Source: Candidatus Heimdallarchaeota archaeon (GTDB lineage: Archaea > Asgardarchaeota > Heimdallarchaeia > Heimdallarchaeales > Heimdallarchaeaceae). Taken from it: DNA of 17,274 nt. This document shows, in pieces, positions 9,002-16,170 of this stretch (position 1 is the first letter of the stretch; each line of letters opens with the position of its first letter). Under the pieces are notes generated by a model that did not search any database, was not told where the DNA came from, and worked only from the letters and a program-made list of their open reading frames with translations. A program made the position numbers and the translations under genes. The DNA is taken from the NCBI GenBank assembly GCA_021399345.1, contig JAAFKI010000108.1, positions 1 through 17,274 of the forward strand. The letters are read 5' to 3'.

Positions 9002-10993
9002 TTACTCTCTTATCCAAACAAGCATAGAGGATTTTCCTTTGTTTCCCCATGAAAAATATGGGCGAGCAATTAACTCTTCATTCTCTTTATTCAACATTTT
9101 CAGTTTTGTTAATCCTTCAGAAGTATATGCAATAGCTTTTCTCATTATATTGACACGTTCTTTCATAATATCCAGATTATGGTTATCCAAACTTTCAAAA
9201 CAGTACACTAATGGACCTCTTGAAAATGCAACTCTGTTCCTATTTTTTCGAACTTTTTTATGAGAGTTATGAATATTAATAGGCATTGGAAAATTAATTT
9301 CGATAACATTTTGAGATTCCCAATCTACTTTCATGCTAATATAATATGATTCGTAAGGAATGATTCCAGAAGCAGTTTTTACTTCTTTCAAGTTTAGCTT
9401 TAGTTTATCCAATTTCTTTCCATTAATGTGAATCTCTGGTTTATCTGTCCAGCTAGGAATACGTATATTCAAATAGAAATCTAAATTTTCTTTACATTCA
9501 AGATTAATCGTTATTCTTCCATCCCAAGGTAAATTGCTTTGCATATCAACTTTGATCTCTGACTCTTTTATTCCATTTAATGGAACTTCAACTACACTTC
9601 CAACAAATTGGTGAATCCATAAATTACGCTCATTAAAACTATAGATGTACTTACTAAGTCTAGCAAGGGTTCGTGATATGTTTGAAGGACAACATGCGGT
9701 CTTATACCATTCTTTTCGTTCGAAGGTATTATCCACCTCCAAGGGATTCCTATAAAAATAGGATTTTCCATCAGCTGACATACCTACAAGGACAGCATTG
9801 TAAAGTTGCCATTCAATCAAATCAGCATACTTAGCATCACCTGTTGATAACAACATTTCCCAGTTCCAAAAAACAGAGCTTATTGCAGCACATGTTTCAT
9901 TGTAAGCATATTTATTGTTCAGTTCATAATTTCTACCAAAGCCTTCTAGAAGAGGAAGAGAACCTATTCCTCCAGTAATATACATTCGTTTCTTAACCAT
10001 ATGATCCCATGCTTTTTGAAGAGATTTCAATAATTTCGTATCTCCTCTTTCTTGATACAACATAGCAGTTGCTGTAGCTAAATATCCCCATCTAACACAG
10101 TGCCCGATAGGTTTGTTTAGTTTCCTTATAGGTTTATTTTGTTGGAAATACTTCCCAGATAGTGCCGATAAGAAAAATCTTATTCCTAATCCTTTTGGAC
10201 CATCCTTGGATAAATCACTCATTACTGTTTCTTGTTTGGTTTCTTTTTTATCAAAAAAGATTTCTTCTTGTCTTGAAACTTCTTTAGCTCTTTTCTTTTG
10301 GGAGGTATTTTCTTTGAAGATTCGCATTCCAAATAATTTGAATCTCCCCCTCTTTTCTAGAAGCTTTTCTGCAAGTTTCAAGTATTTCTTTTCTTTTGTA
10401 AATCTGTATAGCTTGATTAATGCGATTTCTACTTCAGGATGACCTGGGGTTTGTTCAGCTGAAGCATTAGAAAACACTTTTACTAATAAATCAGCGGCTT
10501 TTACCCCCACATCTAGATAGCTTTCTTTGTTAGTTGCCTTGTAAGAAGTAATCGCAGCTTCAATTAGATGACCAAGTGTATATAACTCATGTTCTATTTG
10601 ATGGTTTATCCACCTTTCACTGGGAAAATGAAACTGATTATATGTGAAAACATATCCATCTTTCTCTTGGACAGAAATAAGAAGATCAAGATAATTGGAA
10701 AGAATTTTCAATAAATCATTGTCTTTTCTAGACATCAGAATTGCTGCAGCTGCTTCAGTCCATTTGTGTGCATCAGAATCAGTATAAAAGTATCCTTCCC
10801 TGAATGCTTTCTTTTCTCCGTGAATAATTCGAAAATTATCTATAGTCTTTGATTCTTCAAGTTTCTTCCATTGATGAAAGATTGCTTCTTCTGAGTTTAC
10901 TTTCAGTTTTTCAGACCAGAAACTATCTTTTATTCCAACTTGTTCAAAAGGTATTTCTAATGACACCTGATGCTTTAACTGATGCATATTCAC
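9002..10993 (-). CDS. Glycoside hydrolase family 127 (beta-L-arabinofuranosidase HypBA1-like)
   Basis: DSDAHKW, HELYTLGHLIEAA, GHPEVEIAL, GHCVR, YITGGIGS, EGF, YNETCA and ACCPSN (the Zn-binding Glu/Cys/Cys/Cys set). Start is GTG 10993 or ATG 10987. Confidence 0.92.
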   Translation of the reverse strand: MNMHQLKHQVSLEIPFEQVGIKDSFWSEKLKVNSEEAIFHQWKKLEESKTIDNFRIIHGEKKAFREGYFYTDSDAHKWTEAAAAILMSRKDNDLLKILSNYLDLLISVQEKDGYVFTYNQFHFPSERWINHQIEHELYTLGHLIEAAITSYKATNKESYLDVGVKAADLLVKVFSNASAEQTPGHPEVEIALIKLYRFTKEKKYLKLAEKLLEKRGRFKLFGMRIFKENTSQKKRAKEVSRQEEIFFDKKETKQETVMSDLSKDGPKGLGIRFFLSALSGKYFQQNKPIRKLNKPIGHCVRWGYLATATAMLYQERGDTKLLKSLQKAWDHMVKKRMYITGGIGSLPLLEGFGRNYELNNKYAYNETCAAISSVFWNWEMLLSTGDAKYADLIEWQLYNAVLVGMSADGKSYFYRNPLEVDNTFERKEWYKTACCPSNISRTLARLSKYIYSFNERNLWIHQFVGSVVEVPLNGIKESEIKVDMQSNLPWDGRITINLECKENLDFYLNIRIPSWTDKPEIHINGKKLDKLKLNLKEVKTASGIIPYESYYISMKVDWESQNVIEINFPMPINIHNSHKKVRKNRNRVAFSRGPLVYCFESLDNHNLDIMKERVNIMRKAIAYTSEGLTKLKMLNKENEELIARPYFSWGNKGKSSMLVWIRE

Positions 10994-11058
10994 AATTTAT
11001 TAAATCAATATCAATATAAGAAATTTTGTGAAAAATAAAAAAGATCCTATGAGAAAAG

Positions 11059-12150
11059 CTATTTCTTCTTCATAAATCTTGGATCTACTTCTTTTCGATG
11101 AGAAGCATCAGAATAATTTTCCTTAGCTTGCTCTTTTGCTTCCTCAAGAGTTTCATCTTTATGGCATTTCCATCTTAGATGTGTTGATGCAGGTTTACCA
11201 CACCATGGGCAAAACAAATCGTCTAGTAAATCTAAAATTTTATTGTGTGCATGTAGATTCCTTCTATGCTTTCCTCGTTCCTCAATAATGGGTTTTGTAA
11301 GTATTTCAGCTGCTTTCTTTTTACCAACTGAAACAGCTTTTTTCACCGTTTCAATCTCATCTTTGGGAATCTCAATACTATAGCCTTCCTTTGAATCACC
11401 AATAACTTCAATAGGAATACCTTCAGTTAAAATAGCCTCTTGCTCAGCTCGTGGTATTTTCTTGATTTGAGAAACAAACTTGCTTGCTTGATCTTTCCCC
11501 ATATCCTGTTCGACAATTTTTTCATAAGTACTTTTTTGCAAATCTGGATCGCTAATTGTCGACAATCTTGAAAGTACTCTCTCTGGTATTCTCTCGTCAA
11601 CTGGTTTACTTAATTCCTCAGTTATAATATCGGGGGCAACGCTTGCAGCTTCTAACCATAATCGTAGAGTATTAGATTTGATATGTATTTTTACACAAAT
11701 CTCATCAATTTTTTCCTCAGTTGGAATCAAAGAAAGATTTCTTGATTTTTTCCGCTCAATACTGTTAATAATATTAGCTAGACTTTTTGGTGTTTGTACG
11801 ATTCCTTCACTCCTAAAAATCTCCATGACTCCACGACCCTTTTCGATCATGTATAGATCTTTTCTATGTATATTTTCAATTAAAGATTCTATCCTTTGCT
11901 GACTTTCATCAATATCTTTAACAATCGCATAAATTTCCTTCAAACCTGCAAATTGAGCAGCTCTCCATCTTCTTTCTCCTGCGATTATCTGATAAGTTTC
12001 GTCTCCAGTTTGTCTTAATAAAATAGGATTTAGCAAATCATAAGCTTTTATTGATTCTGCTAATTCTTCAATTGCTTCTTTATCAAAGGTTTCTCTTGGT
12101 TGAAAAGGACTTGGACTTATCTTTTCTATAGGTATTTGGATAACTTCCAT
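11059..12150 (-). CDS. parB: ParB/Spo0J-family protein (CTPase-fold N-terminal domain, divergent HTH, C-terminal Cys/His cluster)
   Basis: PSPFQPRETF, LAESIK, LLNPILLR, IIAGERRWRAA (box II) and LIENIHRKDL. C-terminal CPWC-x6-H-x4-CH. SD GGTGA 5 nt before the ATG. Confidence 0.88.
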   Translation of the reverse strand: MEVIQIPIEKISPSPFQPRETFDKEAIEELAESIKAYDLLNPILLRQTGDETYQIIAGERRWRAAQFAGLKEIYAIVKDIDESQQRIESLIENIHRKDLYMIEKGRGVMEIFRSEGIVQTPKSLANIINSIERKKSRNLSLIPTEEKIDEICVKIHIKSNTLRLWLEAASVAPDIITEELSKPVDERIPERVLSRLSTISDPDLQKSTYEKIVEQDMGKDQASKFVSQIKKIPRAEQEAILTEGIPIEVIGDSKEGYSIEIPKDEIETVKKAVSVGKKKAAEILTKPIIEERGKHRRNLHAHNKILDLLDDLFCPWCGKPASTHLRWKCHKDETLEEAKEQAKENYSDASHRKEVDPRFMKKK

Positions 12151-12155
12151 TTATA

Positions 12156-12386
12156 TCACCCATGTTCTTTTATTAATTCAAATGCAATATCTTTCCAAGG
12201 GTATTGTTCTATAACCCAACTATCCTCTTCTGTATTAATACAAAGGAGCTTCACGCTTTCTCCATTACCATTTTTCACTACGTCCTTCATCTGAGATATT
12301 GCTTCAGGTCGAGTAGTGAATATCCATTTCTCAGTACCAGCATCTAGAACATAGAATTGATTATCATCTAATTTCAAAGTTTTCAC
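12156..12386 (-). CDS. Small hypothetical protein, probably co-transcribed with parB
   Basis: 76-aa globular-looking ORF whose stop lies inside the parB SD (GGG TGA TATAA ATG). Start is GTG 12386, or TTG 12377 if GGTGA serves as the SD. Confidence 0.75.
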   Translation of the reverse strand: MKTLKLDDNQFYVLDAGTEKWIFTTRPEAISQMKDVVKNGNGESVKLLCINTEEDSWVIEQYPWKDIAFELIKEHG

Positions 12387-12399
12387 CTAGTTTCATCGT

Positions 12400-12459
12400 A
12401 GAATGCATTCTTAGGATGTTTTACATTTGTAATTCTTATAAATCACTTAAAAAGTGATT
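12400..12459. promoter_or_regulatory. Three palindromes around the putative promoter of the small-gene/parB operon
   Basis: AGAATGCATTCT (12400-12411), TTACA-tt-TGTAA (12421-12432) and AATCACTT-aaa-AAGTGATT (12441-12459). Minus-strand TTTATAAG at 12442-12435. Confidence 0.45.
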
Positions 12460-12682
12460 GTATTACTACGATTAGAACCTATTATGAACTTTTTTGTCGG
12501 GAATATTTTCACTTTAAACTAATTTGCATAGATTGGAAAAAAGGATAATAAGAAATGCAGATAACATCCATAATTTATTTGTCATGCTCTTTTTAGTTTT
12601 ACTGTAGTTTAAGACTTCTAGAGTTGAATCTGTTTTTTCGTTTCATGTGAAATATTATTAAGAACTTACTCTCTCAACTATT

Positions 12683-13555
12683 GTGACCAACCATTATACT
12701 ATAATTATAGATTCGGTATCAGATTTACCAAAAGAACTTGAAGAAAAATATAAAATACCTATTGTTCCTGCGAGAGTCATAATAGGGAGTAAAGATTTTC
12801 TAGATAGAGTTGGAATTACTCGAGAAGAATTCTTACATGAGATTGTTCATTCAAAAGAAAAAATCACAACATCTCAACCCTCTCCTAAGGATTTTCATGA
12901 TGTTTTTTCAAAAACTCTAGAAGAAACTGATCACATTCTTTATCTTGGTGTTAGCCACAAACTAAGTGCTACTTTTCAAAATGCAACAATAGCATCAAAA
13001 AAATTCAAAGGAAAAATTACATGCATTGATACTTTATCGGTTTCTCTTGGAATTACAGTGATGGCCCACCATGCAGCTCTACGAAGAGAACAAGGTATGG
13101 AACTGAGTCCACTAGTTGATGAAATCAAGGAAATGATGAAAAACACCAAGATTTACATTTTGGTTGAGGAGTTAAAATACCTTCTTAGAGGTGGAAGGAT
13201 TGGAAGAGCTCGACATGCTATTGGATCTTTATTGAACATGAAACCTTTACTGCATTTTGTTGAGGGAGAGATAGATGCTCTAAAAAGTATTAGAGGTGTG
13301 GAAGCAGGATATGAAGCGATGATAGAAGAAGTTACAAGAGACGCTCAAGAATTTGGTAATGTTGCTTTATCTGGAGCGTATGGTAATGAAAACGACAAAT
13401 TTGAGAGGTTATCTAAATCTCTTCAAAATAAGATTCAACCCTTGAGCTATTTTTATGAACCTATTGGACCAGCTGTAATCTGCCATGTTGGACCTAATGT
13501 AGAGGCGTTATTCATGACAAAGTTACCAGAAAGTTCTGTTGAAATGTATAAATAA
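12683..13555 (+). CDS. degV: DegV/FakB family fatty-acid-binding protein (paralogue 2)
   Basis: IIIDSVSD, TTSQPSP, VSHKLSAT, LKYLLRGGRIG, MKPLL and ICHVGP. GTG start with TATTATTA at 12653-12660. Confidence 0.93.
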   Translation: MTNHYTIIIDSVSDLPKELEEKYKIPIVPARVIIGSKDFLDRVGITREEFLHEIVHSKEKITTSQPSPKDFHDVFSKTLEETDHILYLGVSHKLSATFQNATIASKKFKGKITCIDTLSVSLGITVMAHHAALRREQGMELSPLVDEIKEMMKNTKIYILVEELKYLLRGGRIGRARHAIGSLLNMKPLLHFVEGEIDALKSIRGVEAGYEAMIEEVTRDAQEFGNVALSGAYGNENDKFERLSKSLQNKIQPLSYFYEPIGPAVICHVGPNVEALFMTKLPESSVEMYK

Positions 13556-13567
13556 GAATAGACAAAA

Positions 13568-14374
13568 TCACTCTTTGACTGCTTTTATTGAAAAAACTAG
13601 AGGTAGGTTGTACTTGTCGTTTTTGAAGGTCCAAACACCTTTTTCTTTCTCTTCCATGAAAGGAAATTGTTTAAAATAAGTATGTGAATATTCTTTAATT
13701 TCTTGGATCTTTAATCCTGCTTGAATAAGTGATGTGATAATAGTTCCAAAGGTATGTTGCCAGTTGTAATTGTCAATGTTCTCAAGAGATTTTTCTTGTT
13801 CAGTGTATGTATATTCAGTTTTGTAGTGAAGTGGATCTTTACCATAGAAATAGGGATATTTGTATTCCAGTTTGTTAGTATTTTCATCATCAAAAATCCA
13901 TAGAAACGGATGAAATTCAGAAATGAAGAATGTTCCTCCTTTCTTAAGATATTTAGAAACAATCTTTGCCCATTGATCAATATCGTGTAACCAACATAGA
14001 ACACCATAAGATGTAAAAACTATGTCAAATTCCTCATCTAATACATCAGGAAGATCATAAATATTGGAACAGATGAACTTTGCAGGAAGTTTGAGATGAT
14101 CATTGATTTCATTAGCTAGCTTAATTGATTTATCTGAAAAATCCACTCCTACAACATTAGCTCCTAATCTTGCCCATGAGAGTGTATCCATTCCAAATTG
14201 ACATTGAAGGTGGAGTAAAGATTTATCTTTAACGCTTCCTAGACTTTCAAGCTCGATCTTATGTAAACTGTTATTACCTCCTATAAAACCTTCTAGATCA
14301 TAGTCGGAGGATTTTGCGTGAACTGCAGCGGTTTCATTCCATCTAGCTAGATTAGCTTTCAAGTATTCATCCAT
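13568..14374 (-). CDS. Class I SAM-dependent methyltransferase
   Basis: LLHLQCQFGMD (motif I variant), VGVDFS, FDIVFTSYG and LKKGG. ATG 14374 preferred over TTG 14383 from the spacing to TTTAATAT at 14408-14401. Confidence 0.9.
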   Translation of the reverse strand: MDEYLKANLARWNETAAVHAKSSDYDLEGFIGGNNSLHKIELESLGSVKDKSLLHLQCQFGMDTLSWARLGANVVGVDFSDKSIKLANEINDHLKLPAKFICSNIYDLPDVLDEEFDIVFTSYGVLCWLHDIDQWAKIVSKYLKKGGTFFISEFHPFLWIFDDENTNKLEYKYPYFYGKDPLHYKTEYTYTEQEKSLENIDNYNWQHTFGTIITSLIQAGLKIQEIKEYSHTYFKQFPFMEEKEKGVWTFKNDKYNLPLVFSIKAVKE

Positions 14375-14426
14375 TTTAATCAAATTCGAGAAATAGTATC
14401 ATATTAAATGAATAACTATTAGCGAG

Positions 14427-14442
14427 AAAAAGAGAAAAAAAA
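14427..14442 (-). terminator. Oligo-T terminator-like tract
   Basis: Minus-strand T-runs directly after the stop at 14449. Confidence 0.4.
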
Positions 14443-14448
14443 GAGGTT

Positions 14449-15228
14449 TCACTCAGGAAGTTTAACATTTCTTGTTGCCGGATTGAAATCAATTACGTCT
14501 AACTCTTCTAAAGACAATAATGATGATTTAATCAGAACAGGCGTAGAGTCAATAAGATCAGCAATTTCATCAATTGTCATATGTCTTGGATGTGCTTCTA
14601 CAAGTGCTAGGTAAATCTTTCCCTGAGCAGTTGAATTCAAGATCGAACGAATACTATCATTTTGAGACATTATAGGCTCTTCTTTCGATTTGAAATCAGT
14701 ATATTCTTTTTCAGTTGTCTCTAAGTTCTTCTTCAGTTCATCTTGAAGAGTTTTAGTTTGTTCGTAAATTATTTCAAGTGATTCAAATTCAGCTTTCAGT
14801 TTTGCAAGTTTATTAAGGGTTTCCTCATATTGTGTATCTATTTTCTTTAGATTCTTGTCCTTTTCACTAATGAGAATATCTTTTTCCTTAACTTGAGATC
14901 TCAAATCTTCCATAATTTGATCTTTTTCTGCAACCTTTTCTAGTTCAGTTTCAAGTTCACTTTGAAATGCGTTAAATTCACTTATTGTTTTTTTCAGTAA
15001 TTTTTCTTGTACTTTGTATTTATCATTGAAAATTGAATTGGTAGATTTGAGTTCTATTTGAACACTCTTTAATCCGTTATCAACATCTCTAGAAGATTTT
15101 TCTAGTTTCTCCAAACTAACATCCTTTTGTTTCTTATCTTCATTGATGAATTTTTCAAGTGTTCTTATCTTTGTCTCGAGATTCTTTATATCTACAGTTA
15201 ATTCTTCGTTACTTTTCTTCTTAGCCAT
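14449..15228 (-). CDS. Long coiled-coil protein with a C-terminal winged-helix domain
   Basis: About 190 aa of E/K/L-rich heptad-like sequence, then QGKIYLALV...MTIDEIADLIDSTPVLIKSSLLSLEELDVIDF. SD AGGTGA before the ATG. Confidence 0.75.
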   Translation of the reverse strand: MAKKKSNEELTVDIKNLETKIRTLEKFINEDKKQKDVSLEKLEKSSRDVDNGLKSVQIELKSTNSIFNDKYKVQEKLLKKTISEFNAFQSELETELEKVAEKDQIMEDLRSQVKEKDILISEKDKNLKKIDTQYEETLNKLAKLKAEFESLEIIYEQTKTLQDELKKNLETTEKEYTDFKSKEEPIMSQNDSIRSILNSTAQGKIYLALVEAHPRHMTIDEIADLIDSTPVLIKSSLLSLEELDVIDFNPATRNVKLPE

Positions 15229-15317
15229 AAGATCACCTACAAATATATAATATACTCTTAAGAAAGAGATGTTTTAAAGATTACTTAAAGGGAAAGAGAA
15301 ATTGAATAAAGAATCAT

Positions 15318-15340
15318 AAAAGAAAGAAAAAGAAAGAAAA
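15318..15340 (-). terminator. Pyrimidine/oligo-T terminator-like tract
   Basis: Minus strand TTTTCTTTCT twice after the stop at 15349. Confidence 0.4.
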
Positions 15341-15348
15341 GATTAAGC

Positions 15349-15612
15349 TTAATGGAACGTTCCAATAACCATGTACTGTAATTCTAAAGCTTTGAATCTT
15401 TCTTTTTCCAACTCTTGTCTGATTTTATAGTTTTGATAAGCTTCATATCTTGGACATTTTTGATTATCATACTGACATTCAAATAATATTTCAGCGAGCT
15501 GATCAATTAACTTGATTGCTTCTTCTTCATTATCAATATCCACATTAGACAATGTTTTAACATTCTTGAAGGATCTTATTAGCTCGTTCTTATAGTCTGA
15601 TTTTAGTGCCAT
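15349..15612 (-). CDS. 87-aa helical hypothetical protein (paralogue A)
   Basis: SD GAGGTG at 15623-15618. Aligns without gaps to 15717..15980. Confidence 0.85.
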   Translation of the reverse strand: MALKSDYKNELIRSFKNVKTLSNVDIDNEEEAIKLIDQLAEILFECQYDNQKCPRYEAYQNYKIRQELEKERFKALELQYMVIGTFH

Positions 15613-15716
15613 GATACCACCTCTGATATATGATTTTTACTATTCTTATTAACTATCAACCACAACTTGTGTGTACATATTGTGTCATTTTCTATCATTA
15701 AAAGAATATAAAGAGT

Positions 15717-15980
15717 TTAAAGGAAAGAACCTTTGTGCAAAAGAAGCTTAGTTAAGGATTTGTTATGCTCTTCTTTTAGAGCAGAGCGGAGGATATGATT
15801 CTTGTACTTATCATAATCTGATGAGTACTCATCTGCAAGAGTATAATTATACATATTCTCTGCAACCTGATTAAGAATCTGGAATAAGCTCTCTTCTTCA
15901 ACAAACTCGTAATTATACAGTTCTTTTAATGCGTTGAAATTTCTTATTAGTTCATTTTTTTGTTCGACTTTCAATACCAT
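15717..15980 (-). CDS. 87-aa helical hypothetical protein (paralogue B)
   Basis: Start reassigned to ATG 15980: the track's GTG 15992 is part of a GGTGA SD, and MVLK...KNELIR then aligns with MALK...KNELIR of paralogue A at identical length. Confidence 0.85.
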   Translation of the reverse strand: MVLKVEQKNELIRNFNALKELYNYEFVEEESLFQILNQVAENMYNYTLADEYSSDYDKYKNHILRSALKEEHNKSLTKLLLHKGSFL

Positions 15981-16170
15981 TTTATTTTTCACCCGAATTT
16001 TCTTATTCCGAGATTGTCAATATTCTCAATCTCTGAGAACATCTTCCCACTTACATATATAAAGATTTCTCATTATGCGAAAACAATATAGGATAAGAAG
16101 AATTCATTCTTGTCTCAACGATAGTTTAATATACGCTTCTGTGATGAAATAATATAGGAGATAAATAAAA

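Noticed and set aside
8898-12294. Plus-strand ORFs 8898..9263, 10113..10442, 11678..11902 and 12100..12294
   Set aside because: Antisense to GH127, parB and the small gene, with no motifs.
4267-13555. Mobile island bounded by the two degV genes
   Set aside because: The paralogues are too diverged to be att repeats, and there is no integrase, transposase or terminal repeat.
13711-14007. 98-aa alternative-frame ORF
   Set aside because: Nested out of frame in the well-supported methyltransferase.
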